Assembly (NCBI RefSeq): GCF_009914755.1
Contig: NC_060928.1
Strand: one strand, 5' to 3'
DNA length: 64,000 nucleotides
Source: the human T2T-CHM13v2.0 reference genome, Homo sapiens
A program made the position numbers and the translations under genes. Of the stretch, positions 43,369 through 56,975 are shown one piece after another (positions within the stretch are counted from its first letter, which is position 1; the number at the start of each line of letters is the position of its first letter). The notes under the pieces are model-generated. The model searched no databases, was not told the DNA's origin, and was given only the letters and a program-made list of their open reading frames with translations.

Positions 43369-46172
43369 TAACCTCCCAAGACGGAGCTAGTAAGAAACTG
43401 AATCCCTGAACAGACCAATAATGAGCTCCAAAATGGAATTAGTAATAAATAGCCTACCATTACCAAAAAAAGCCCAGGACCTGATGGATTCACGGTCAAA
43501 TTCTACAGCTGTACAAAGAAAAGTTGATACCATTCCTACAGAAATATTCCAAAAAACTGAGGAGGAGGGACTCTTGCTCAACTCATACTATGAGGCAAGC
43601 ATCATCTTCATACCAAAATCTGGCAACATACACATCTTTTGGAAGAAATCCTTGCAAGATAGTGAGGTATACATCGCTGGCCCTCATGAGAGAATGAAAT
43701 TGAGCCCGTTGAATCAGCCTCACTTGTACCAAAGTCAATCAGCTTTTTCGTTATTCACTAACCTGTCATGCTGCCGTATGTGATTACAGTTAAGAGATAG
43801 AAAAACAGACAAACAAACAAACAAAAAAACACTTAATCATTTACTGTTGGTTAGCCTACTCAAAAATGAAGTTCAACTTTCTGATGTATTTCTGAGCCTG
43901 CTTATTATGTGAGTATTACTGTTTGTGTAAAAAAAAAAAAAAAAAAGCAAATTCACCATTATCAAGTAGGCTTCATCACCAAATGCAAGGTTGGCTTAAC
44001 ATATGCAAATCAATAAATGTAATTCATTGCATAAAAAGAACTAAAGACAAAAAACACATGATTATCTCAATAGATACAGAAAAGGCTTTTGATAAAATTG
44101 AACAAAACTTCATGTTAAAAAACTCTCAATAACCTAGGTATAGAAGGAACATACCTAAAAATAATAGAAGCCGTCTATGACAAACCCACAACCAACGTTA
44201 TATTGAATAGGCAAACGCTGGAAGCATTCCCCTTGAAAACAGGCAAAAGACAAAGATGTGATGCCCTCTCATCACTCATCTTCAACACAATATTGGAAGT
44301 CCTAACAAGAGTAATCAGGCAAGAGAAAAAAAATAAAACGAATCCAAATATGAAGAAAGGAAGTCAAACTATCTCTGCAGATGACATGATTCTAGATCTA
44401 AAAACCCCCCAGTCTTGGCCCAAAAGCTCCTCCAGCTGATAACCAACTTCAGCAAAGTTGCAGAATACAAAATCAATGTTCAAAAATCATTAGCATTCCT
44501 ATACACCAATGACAGCCAAACCGAGAGCCACATCAGAAAGGCAATCCCATTCACAATTGCCATAAAAAAGCATAAAATACCTAGGAATACAGCTAACTAG
44601 GTAGGTGAAAGACCTCTACAATGAAATTTACAAAACACTGCTCAACTAAATCATAAAAGACTCAAACAAATAGAAAAACATCCCATGCTCATAGAAGGAA
44701 GAATCCATGTTATTAAAATGGCCATACTGCCCAAAGCAATTTACAGATTTAATGCTATCCTTATCAGGCTACCAAAGACATTCTTCACAGAACTAGAAAA
44801 AAACTATATTATAATTCACATGGAACCAAAAAAGAGCTCCCATAGCCAAGACAATCCTAAGCAAAAGGAACAAAGCTGGAGGCATGAGGTTACCTGACTT
44901 CAAACTATACTTCAAGGCTACAGTAACCAAAACAGCATGGTAATTGTACAAAAACAGGAACATCGACCAATGGAACAGAATAGAGAGCCCAGAAATAAGG
45001 CCACACCCACAACTATCTGATCTTCTACAAACCTAACAAAAACAAGCAATGGGGAAAGACTCCCTATTCAATAAATGGCGCTGGGATAACTGACTAGCCA
45101 TATGCAGAAGATTGAAGCTGGACCCCTTCCTATAACATGCACAAAAACCAACACAAGATAGATTAAAGGTTTAAATGTAAAACCCAAAACTATAAAATCC
45201 CTGGAAATCAACCTAGGTAGTACCATCCTGGACATAAGAATGGGCAAAGATTTCATGACAAAGATGCCAAAAGCTATTGCAACAAAAGCAAAAACTAACA
45301 AGTGGGATCTAATTAAACTTAAGAGCTTCTGCACAGCAAAAGAAAATATTGACAGTAAACAGACAAACTACAGAATGAGAGAAAATATATTGCAAACTAT
45401 GCATCTGACAGTCTAACACGCAGCATCTATAAAAAACTTAAAAATTTACAAGAGAAAAACAACCCCATTAAAAAGTGAGCAAAGAACATGAACAGACACT
45501 TTTTTAAAGAAGACATATATGCAGTCAAAAAACATATGAAAAAATCTCAGTGTTATTCATCATTAGAGAAATGCAAATCAAAAGCACAATGAGATACCAT
45601 CTTACACCAGTTAAAGTGGCTATTAATAAAAGTTCAGAAAATAACACATTTTGGCAAGGTTGTGGAGATAAGGAAATGCTTATACGCTGTTGGTGGGAGT
45701 GTAAATTAGTTCAACTGTTATGGAAAGTAGTATGGCAATTCCTCAAACAGCCACAAGCGGAAATACCATTCGACCAAACAATTCCATTATTCCCCAAAAT
45801 ATAAATTATTCTACCATAAAAAAACACATGCACGCGAATGTTCATTGTAGCACTATGCACAACAGCAAAGACATGGAATCAATCTATATGCCCATCAATG
45901 ACAGATTGGATAAAGAAAATGTGGTACATATACATCATGGAATACTATGTAGCTATAAAAAAGAATGAGATCATGTTTTTTGTGGGAACATGGATCGAGC
46001 TACAGGCTCTTAACCTTAGCAATCTAAAGTAGGAACAGAAAACCAAATACTGCATGTTCTCACGTATAAGTGGAAGTTAAATGACAAGAACTTATGAACA
46101 CAATGAAGGAAACAACAGGCACTGGGATCTACTAGCATGTGGAGGGATGGAGGAGGGAGAGGAGCAGAAAAA
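43369..46172 (+). mobile_element. L1PA13-16/L1PREC2-like element, truncated at both ends, with a foreign insert at 43635-43946
   Basis: Colinear ORF2 remnants (ORFs 43923-46032). The 3' UTR stops at ggagggagaggagcagaaaaa. Confidence 0.88.
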
Positions 46173-46179
46173 TGGCAAC

Positions 46180-48200
46180 AATAAAAAAAGAATGAGATGG
46201 AAATTCTACAGCCAAAAAGTACAATAACTGAAATGTAATTCACTGAATATGACCAAATGGTTTTAAAATGGAAAAAGAAAATAAATCCATAAAATTCAAA
46301 ATAGATTAATGGATTGAATAAAATTTGGAGTACAGTGAAGAAAAGATTGAAAAACAATAAAGGTTCAGAGACTTGAGGGATAATATCAAATGATTCAACA
46401 TTTATGTCACTGGAGTTCCAGGAGAATAGAGACAAAAAGTGAAAGAAAAAAATATTTGCAGAAATAAAAGGCTATAATCTTCCCAAATTTGGTAAAAAGA
46501 AAGAAAGGAAAAAGCTATAAATTTACAGGTCCAAGAAATTTACAAACTCCAAATAGGATAAATACAAAGAAAATCACAACCGAGAAACTCATAGTCGACT
46601 TATGAAAGCTACAGATAGAGAATCTTGGAAGCACCTAAAAACAAATGAAACTATGTAGATGGTAACAATCATGCAACCAACTGTAGGTTTTTGTATCACA
46701 AACAGCGGAGGCCAGAAGACGTCAGAATGGCATGTCCAAAGTAGAGAAGGAAAAGTTTTTCAGCCAAATTCTGTATCTACTGAAAGTACCCTACAAAAAT
46801 AAAGTAATTATGTCCGTAGAATTGCTTAGCAAAACAAACAAATTTTAAAAGTTGAAATAAAAACCTTTTGTGTCTTTAAAATATGAGCTACTCGTAGCAT
46901 ATCTGCACTAAAAGGAAATGCTAAACGAAGTTGAAAGGACTGAAAAAAAGTGATTCCAAATAACAAGCTGGATATACAGGAAGGAATGAAGAGCACCAGA
47001 AATGGCAAACAATATATATAGTGTATGTGTGAATGTGTGTGTGTCTATATATACCTGTTTTCCTTTTCTTTCAAAACATTTTGCTTAGTGAATGAAGCCA
47101 AACGCAAAATGTACAAATTACATGGTTCCATTTATATGACATTCTAGAAGAAGAAAAAGTAATATTTAGTGACAGAAAACAGATCACTGGTTGCCTGGGA
47201 CTGGGATCAAAGGCAGAAATTGACTGCAAAAGGTCACAAGAAAACTTTTGGAGGGGATGGAAATTTTCTATATGTTGTTTGCGGTGGAGGGCACACAGAT
47301 GTATGCACTTGTCAAAGCTCATCAAACTGTACCCTTAATGTGGCTGCATTTTACTGTATATGAATTATACCTTAATAAATTTGATTTAGGAAAACATAAT
47401 GCAAAATGTAACAAATTTGACATAATACAAAGAAAACTTCTGCTCAATGTAAAGTTCAAAGAAAGATTAAAGACAGGGAGGAATATTTGCAATGTTTAAA
47501 ACTAACAAAGTATTAATCTAGATTATACAAGGAACTTCTGAAAAACAAAAAAGAAAAACAGAAAACCCAATAGAAGGAGTTGACAAAAGCTTCACATATG
47601 AAAATAAGGCTCATATTCCCTACTAAAGAAGCACAAAGTTCAAATTATGAGTTTTCAAATTAACAAAATTCAGAAAGTTGGATAACACCAAATGTTAGAA
47701 AGTATAATAGGGAAATTAAGCTGCTGGGTTTTGCTGACGGACTTAGAAATTGAGTCAGCCATTCTGTAAAGCATTCAGGAAATAGTAAAAATTATATGTG
47801 CAAGTAAATTACAAAACCTTCCACTGGTAATACTAGGTGCCAATCATAAGAGATAAATGGAATAAAATGTGATAATATTCACAAGATGGAATTCCAGGCA
47901 ATAACGAAAAGAAGAAAAGTGCACATAGAGTACAATCAGTAAATCATAAGAAAATTATGAGCGATAAAACTATTAAATAGAATAATTCAACATCATTTAT
48001 ACAAATGAAAACATGAACACATCAATATATGGAGTAATATTATATAGTTTTCAGGGATACACATGAAGTCTTGTCTATGGATATGGGCAGAGAGAAATGT
48101 CAGTGAATATGAGAAATCATGTAAAAAAGGTAATTGCAGAAAAATATAAGAGAGCCCTTGTGCAGATTGATAACAGCGAAGTATAATTAACTCTCTGCAT
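46180..48200 (+). mobile_element. Ancient L1M/L1ME fragments (ORF1-like piece ~46180-47010; L1ME-type 3' end ~47075-47390)
   Basis: ORF1-like ggagttccaggag...aaaaaatatttg..gaaata...ttcccaaatttgg. 3' end ttccatttatatgacattctaga...ggttgcctggg...atacctt.aataaa. Confidence 0.65.
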
Positions 48201-49318
48201 ATAAAATAAAAAAATGTATTTCTCTACATTCATGAATCTTAATACTTTTGTAATGCTCAGCCTTATATGTGAACTATTATTACTCCTTTCTCAAATGAAG
48301 AAAACTATGAAGACAACAGCAGTATTCTAAGCACGTGATTGAGATTACCGTCTTTCTGCATATTAAAATGGATACAGCATTCCTTGGGAAACATCAAAGT
48401 CTCATTTCATCACAAATTTTTTACCTCCAAAGAGAATATACTTATTTTTCATGGTGTATGTGATACTGCCCATACTCATCTTGTTTTAAATTGAAAAATA
48501 TGTAAAGAATCATGAGTCAGTTTAGTTGAATATTATAAAGTAATAGTCTCTCATTTCATAACAATCATTTAATGACCATGGAATATGTTTTATGTTATCT
48601 AGTAATAATCTATTTAGAAACACATTGAGGATCTATTTTCTAATTCAGTTTGCACCCACTTTTATCTTTTGGAAAAATTGCTGATAAGAAAATTGTTGAT
48701 ACAACTCTTGAAAATAAGTTTATTTTAACATGCAATTTTTTTTCCAGGTAAAACATTCAATTAGTAATAGTTTTCTTAAAGCATGTCATCATGAATCTCC
48801 TCTAGTAGGTGAGATAAGACACACATGTAGCTATAATTAAAGCAATGTGTCATAAATGACACTCCATCTGATGGCACTTCATCATGGGATGAAGAAATTA
48901 CTTATTATTAAAGAAGGGGATCAGAGAAGCTTTGTGAAAGAAGCAACATTTGAACTGGATCTTAAGAAGGTTTACAATTTCCATGTAAACAGAACAAAGG
49001 GAAGTAGGAAAATGAGCAGGGTGTAAAAGATGTGTTAGGTATTTTTGTTTACACAATATATTATACCATATAGGAAGTGACATAAAATAACAGCAAAATT
49101 AAACTGAAGGGCAGAATACAGATAAAGATTTTGAACTTTATTACATATAGTTTTGAGTAAAAACTAATGACATATCACACCAAGTTTGGAATATTAATCA
49201 GTTGTATGGAGAATGTGAAGAAATAATTAAACGGAGAAATTGGTTGTAAGTTATGGCAACTCTCAAATTAGAGATAACAAGAACCTGAAATAGAATAGAT
49301 ACTATAAAAATGGATAGA

Positions 49319-49688
<370 letters not shown>

Positions 49689-49896
49689 TTATACTCCATT
49701 GAGGAAAATATGAAATAAAAAGTTAAAATGACTATTTTAGTCTGGGTATTTGGCATATAATAATATAATGGTATATTGTGTTCATTAATAGAAGGAAAAG
49801 GAGAAAGATTAGGTCTAACAAAACATATGAAAATGTATTCTAGACATAGTTTGAAGCATCTAAAATACCTTTAACAGGAAGTGTTCACAGAGCAAT

Positions 49897-51830
49897 TGTA
49901 TTGGTTGAGGCAATGCTAACTGATATAATAGAAAAACCTTGAAATCTAAGTGGCTTAACACAATAGATGCTTATTTCTTGCTCATATAAGCCTAGTAAGA
50001 GCATGACAGGAGGAAGGGAGTCTGCTCCACAGTAGTTTAGGAACCTTGGCTGAAAGTCTCTGCAAATGGCTTTCAAAGTTTTACTGGGCATTAATGTACA
50101 GTCATCTCACAAGAGGCAAAGTATGGAGAAAGTGAGAGGTGACAGCATGCTGGCAGCCCTCGCAGCCTTTGCTCGCTCTTGGCGCCTCCTAGGCGTCGGC
50201 GCCCACTCTGGCCGCACTTGAGGAGCCCTTCAGCCCGACACTGCACTGTGGGAGCCCCTTCCTGGGATGGCTGAGGCCAGAGCCGGCTCCCTCAGCCTGT
50301 CGGGAGGTGTGGAGGGAAAGGCATGGGCGGGAACCCGGGCTGCACAAGGCTTGCAGGCCAGCTAGAGTTCCGGGTGGGCATGGGCTTGGTGGGCCCCGCA
50401 TTGGGAGTGGCCGGCCGGCCTGCCAGCCCCGGGCAGTGAAAGGCTTAGCCCCCAGGCCAGCAGCTGCGGAGGGTGGGCCGGGTCCCCCAGCAGTGCCGGC
50501 CCACCAACGCAGCGCTTGATTTCTCACCAGGCCTTAGCTGCCTCCCCACAGAGCAGCGCTCAGGACCTGCAGCCTGCCATGCCTGAGTGCCCCCCCAACC
50601 TCCCACCCCGCCATGGGCTCCTGTGCGGCCCGAGCCTCCTCAACGAGTGCCACCCCCGGCTCCACGGCACCCTGTCCCATCGACCACCCAGGGGCTGAGG
50701 AGTGCGGGCGCATGGCACGGGACTGGCAGGCAGCTCCACCTGTGGCCCCAGTGCGGGATCCACTGGGTGAAGCCAGCTGGGCTCCTGAGTCTAGTGGGGA
50801 CTTGGAGAACCTTTATGTCTAGCTAAGGGATTGTAAATACATGAATCAGCACTCTGTACCTAGCTCAAGGTTTGTAAACACACCAATCAGCATCCTGTCT
50901 ATTTCAGGGTTTGTGGATGCACCAGTTGGCACTCTATCTAGCTAATCTGGAGGGGACTTGGAGAATCTTTATGTCTAGCTAAGGGATTGTGATACACCAA
51001 TCAGCACTCTGCATCTATCTCAAGGTTTGTAAATGCACCAATCAGCACTCTGTGTCTAGCTCAAGGTTTGTAAATGCACCAATCTGCGCTCTGTGTCTAG
51101 CTGATCTGGTGAGGACTTGGAGAACCTTTATGTCCAGCTAAGGGATTGTGAATACACCAATGGGCACTCTGTATCTAGCTCAAGGTTTGTAAATACACCA
51201 ATCAGCACAGCTAATCTAGTGGTGAGGTGGAGAACTTTTGTGTCTAGCTCAGGAATGGTAAATGCACCAATCAGCACCCTGTTAAAACAGACCAATCAGC
51301 TCTCTGTAAAATGGACCAATCAGCAGGATGTGGGTGGGGCCAGATAAGAGAATAAAAGCAAGCTGCCCCAGCCAGCAGTGGCAACCTGCTCGGGTCCCCT
51401 TCCACACCGTGGAAGGTTTGTTCTTTCGCTCTTTGCTATAAATTTTGCTACTGCTAACTCTTTGGGTCCACACTGCCTTTATGAGCTGCAACACTCACTG
51501 CGAAGGTCTGCAGCTTCACTCCTGAGCCAGTGAGACCACGAACCCACCAGAAGGAAGAAACTCCGAACACATCTGAACATCAGAAGGAACAAACTCCAGA
51601 CACGCCGCCTTTAAGAACTGTAACACCCACCCCGAGGGTACACAGCTTCATTCTTAAAGTCAGTGAGACCAAGAACCCACCAATTCCAGACACAAAAGCA
51701 CACATAATTTCAAGCAACATCAAGTTAAAAGTGTCACATATTATTTCTGTTCCCAATACACTGGCAAAAACCAGTTCCATAGGCATATTTAAAGACAAGG
51801 TAAAAGTTAAAACTGAGGTAACTGGCTAGC
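49897..51830 (-). mobile_element. MLT1-type MaLR LTR split by LTR12 (49897-50132 and 51695-51830)
   Basis: tgtattggtt...aatctaagtggcttaacacaatag..ttatttcttgctcat is a typical MLT1 end. The sequence resumes after the LTR12 TSD. Confidence 0.55.
50133..51694 (+). mobile_element. LTR12C-like (ERV9) solo LTR
   Basis: TGAGAGGTGACAGC...CCAATTCCAGACACA. CpG-rich 5' half, CCAAT repeats at ~50820-51325, TATA-like box at 51351. Perfect 4-bp TSD AAAG (50129-50132 / 51695-51698). Confidence 0.96.
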
Positions 51831-51834
51831 TAAC

Positions 51835-52554
<720 letters not shown>

Positions 52555-53299
52555 GTATGTCCTGGCATCAACTTTACAATTAAAAAGTGAGCATATATCT
52601 TTCACAAATGGCTCACCAAAGAAAATGTAAACAAGAGGATGTAACTAGAATGAGAAAAGAGGTTAGAAATAGAGATATAAATTTGGGAGGTGTATGCTTA
52701 ATTCCTATGCAGAACTCATAGGAAATATGACATTCCAATGGAGAAAGCATGGAAAAAGTATAGCCCAAATGCAGGTTACTAGCATTCATATACTTTTTGA
52801 TGTAAGATTCAAAAGGGAAAGTAAAACTCAGAGAAACTCAATGAAAAATCTATAGGAGTGTTTTAAGAGAGCAGAGGCAATAAGAAGTATTGGGGAAAGG
52901 AAGATGAATAGAGAGAAACATTGATGGGAATTGATGACTATGAGACCATTATGTCACTTCATAATACTGTGACTTTAACAGTTGTGGGAGCAGAAACCAT
53001 ATGAAAAAGGATGACAGAATAAGTGAATTGTGAGAAACTTCAGCTTTTGTAAATATTAATCTTTACAGATAAGGCAAAAAAAAGAAGTGTGCAAAAAAAA
53101 TATGGAATGAAGATATGGTGGGTTGACAGAAATGTTGTTGGGTTGGCAAATTGGAATTCTATGAAAAACATTTAAGTTTGAAGGTAAAGATCCAGTTCAA
53201 AACAAGAATGTAAAGATGTAGCTATAAACTGTAGTACTGAGAAAACAAGGTCACAGAGAGTGTAAAGAAGAGTTGGGAGAATAATGGGAGTAAATGAGA

Positions 53300-54600
53300 A
53301 GCTAACAAAAGCAATTAAATCAACAACAACAAAATCTGAAAAGATTTATGTAAGTTATTTATGAAGAAACATCACAATGATTGAAAGATAAAAATTGTGA
53401 CCAGAGATACATATTCTTGGATAGAAACACTAAGCATAAAGATGACAATTATTTTTAAGTCAAACTATAAATATAGTATGATCCCAATTTTAAAATACCA
53501 ACAAGTTTTGTCTTCTTCTGGAGAAGTACATACATTGATTCTGGAGTTCAGATGGTAATACAAACAGGAATGAAGATCTGTGAAACTGATGAAAAAAGAC
53601 AAGAAAAGAAACACAAAAACAGTATCTATCTCGAATGTTGAAATACATTTTACAGCTAGAATAACTAAACTAGTATAGTGCTAAGCATGAAGATATAATG
53701 TCAATAGCATTAAAAACTCTGCGAATAAACCCTAGCACATTTGGAAATTGTGTATAGGATAAACATGGCATAGCAAATTCACGTAAAAAAATGAATATTT
53801 CAATAAAAGACATTAGGGCAACTAAGTTACCATTCAGAAAACAAATAAAAACATTTAAATGCTTTTATCCAACTTTCTTTGGAAGCATTTTACTATAATT
53901 ATTCCCCGACACTTTCTTCTTCACTTGATTGTTATCTTGCCTTATCAGTCCAATATAATACATTATCAATAAATCAAATATTTAAATATAGAATATGAAG
54001 AGTGTGCATAATATTACTAAAAGAAATCATGGAAATATTTTAAAATAATCTCACATAGAAGCTATTGTTTATCATAAACAGAAAGACAAAAACAAAACCA
54101 CATTAAAAAATAATGAATGACAAAACTCCAGAGGAAAAATATCAAAACACAAACTTGGAAAAATATTGACAACTAATATGCTAGGCAATGTGCAAGTCTC
54201 CAAACTTCAAAACAAAAAAATCCCTTGAAAGCAAAAGAAGCAAATTATATAAACTGATAATTCATAAAAATGGAAATATGAGTAATTCTTAAACAAGAAA
54301 AACTTTCAATCATAATAAGAGAAATAAAAGTTAAGACCTTTTTTCCCTAGTAGTTTGATAAAGACTCAAAAACCTGGTAATACTTATGATATTGATGGGG
54401 ATGATGTAAGAAAAGGGGGATTATTACACACTGCTGATGAGAATGTAATGTGTATGACAGCATGACATAAAGGACAATTTGAAAGCATCTATCAAAATTA
54501 CAAATGCACCTAGTTTTAACTTCAGGAATACTTGCACACAGACATGAAAGGTAGGCACAAGGCTATATGTTGCAACATTGTTTATAATAGCAAAGTTAGC
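53300..54600 (+). mobile_element. Highly decayed L1ME-type ORF2/3' region
   Basis: Scattered ORF2-like motifs, e.g. tattcttggatagaa, attttcaataaa, cactgctgatgagaatgtaa, cattgtttataatagcaaa. Confidence 0.55.
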
Positions 54601-55000
54601 AAATTGAATGTTTCTCTAGTGCGTAAACATCCTAAAATGAAAATGCGTTGCTTTTAAAATCAGAAAAAAAAAATGCAGTAACTGTTACGAGATACGCAAA
54701 CAAGTCCCCCCTCAAAAACACACACACACATGTTAATAAGGCAGACTGTTCGAGAATCATGGTGGAAGAAGAGTCTGACGGCTACATTTTGGGACAGTAA
54801 GCAGGCCTAGTCCTCCTGGTGAAACAGAAGTGAAAATGGTTTTCAATGGAAAAAACTGCGTAAGATATAGCATGTTACAGAACAGCCAACTATCAACCTA
54901 GACATTCAATGCATAAAGTAACATAGGTCCATTTATTTCTTAGAGCCACAAGCTTTTTCAATAGCCTTTGAAAATGTGTACTGTCTGAAAAAATATAAAT

Positions 55001-56226
55001 AAGTGATGTGCCATTTAATGATGGGGACATGTTCTGAGAAATGCATCATTAGGCAATTTCATCAACGTACAAAAATCATAAAGTGTATTTACACAGCCTC
55101 AATCATACAGCCTACTACACATCTAGGCTATATGATACACGCTACTGCTCGTCTGCTACAAAGCTGCACAGCAAGTTACTTTGCAGAATACTGTGGGCAA
55201 CTATAACTCGAGGGTAATGATTTATGTACCTAAACATGTCCAAACATAGAAAAGGTACAGTAAAAATATGGTATAAAAGATAAAAATGGTACACCTTTAT
55301 AGGGCACTTATGAATGGAGCTTGCAAGACTGGAAATTGCTCTGGGTGAGGCAGTGAGTGAGTGCTGAGTGAGTGTGAAGACCTAGAACATTACTGTACAC
55401 TACTGTAGACTTTATAAACACTGTACACTTAGGCTATGCTAAACTTATTAAAAATTTCTTTCTTCAATAATAAACCTTAGCTTATTGCAACATTTTACTG
55501 TGTGTTTACTTTTTTAACTTTATTGACTCCTTTGTGATAATATTTAGCTCAAAACACAAACACTGTACAACTGTCCAAAAATATTTTTATATCCTTATTC
55601 TATACGTTTTTTTCTCTATTTAAAAAATTTTTTTTTTATATTTTTTTAAAGTAGTTAAAATCTAAAATGCAAAAACACACATTGGCCTAGACCTAGAAAG
55701 AGTTAGGATCATCAATATTACTATCTTCCATCTCCACATCTTGTCCCACTGGAAGATCTTCAGAAGCAGTAACACACATAGAGCTGTCATCTCTTGTGAG
55801 AACAATGCTTTCTTCTGGAATATCCTATGGAATGACCTGCCTGAGGCTGTTCTACAGTTAAATTTTAAAAAAAAAAAGAAGGAGCACAAGCTAAAATAAT
55901 GAATAAAAAACATAGTAGAGTGAACATATAAACCAGTAATATAGTTATTTGGTATTAAGTATAATGAACTGTATATAATGGTATGTGATAGATTTGTTAT
56001 GACTGACAGTACAGTGGGTTATTTACAGCAGCATCACCAGAAAAAGGTAAGTAATGCATTGCACTATGACATTATGACTGTTACAATGTCACAACAGCTC
56101 TAACTTCACCACAGCTGCAACGTCACTAGGCAATAGGTATTTTTCAGATCCACTATAAACTCATGCGATCACTGTCACATATGCAGCCTACCCTTAATTG
56201 AAACATCGTTATGCGGCACATGAATA
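55001..56226. mobile_element. Tigger3b/Golem-type TcMar DNA transposon
   Basis: Ends resemble Tigger3 TIR regions (atgtgccatttaatgatggggacatgttctgagaaatgcatcattaggc ... gaaacatcgttatgcggcacatga). About 1.2 kb. Confidence 0.85.
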
Positions 56227-56469
56227 TATATTGACACTAAAATTATGAATTACAAGTAAATATGTGTACAGTTTTACATATAGATTAGTCAATAGTTTCA
56301 TCCACTTCATATTTAAATACAGCAGCATTTAATTGAGATATGTTCATCTTAACATGTTAACTTCAGTGCAGGATTCAGTTTCCAAAAGAAAGTGTGCCTA
56401 AAGATCTTTAAGAGACTCTGAGACTTAGCTCAATAAAAATGTAGTAGTTTAAGAAATACAGCTGCTTTA

Positions 56470-56544
56470 AAAATCACAAAAGGTGGAAACACCCAAGTGT
56501 ACATCAACAGATGAATGGATAAAATGTAGTATGAACACACAAAG

Positions 56545-56592
<48 letters not shown>

Positions 56593-56975
56593 GAATATGG
56601 TTCAGCCATAAGAAGGTATGAAGTAATATACACACTACAACATGGATAAACCCTGAAAACTGTATGCTAAGTGAAATAAGCCAGATGCAAATGGACAAAT
56701 AGTGTATGATTCTACTTATATGAAACATCTAGAATAGGCAAATTCATAGTGACTAAAAGCACATTACATTGCCAGAATCTGTTGGGAAGGTAGGAATGGG
56801 GAGATACTGCTTAAGGGGTTTACAGTTTCTCTTTAGGGTATTAAAAAATGTTGGAAATGGGTAGTGGTGATGGTTCAACAACACTGTGTATGTAACTAAT
56901 GCCACTGAATTGTACACTTAAAAATGGCTAGAATTAAAAATTTTACATTATATATTTTTCTACATAAAAAATAAA
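56470..56975 (+). mobile_element. L1MB-type 3' end containing an (AC)20 tract
   Basis: ggaaacacccaagtgtacatcaacagatgaatggat...catggataaaccctgaaaac...aatgccactgaattgtacacttaaaaatgg. Confidence 0.8.
56549..56588 (+). repeat. (AC)20 microsatellite
   Basis: Perfect dinucleotide run, read directly. Confidence 0.98.
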
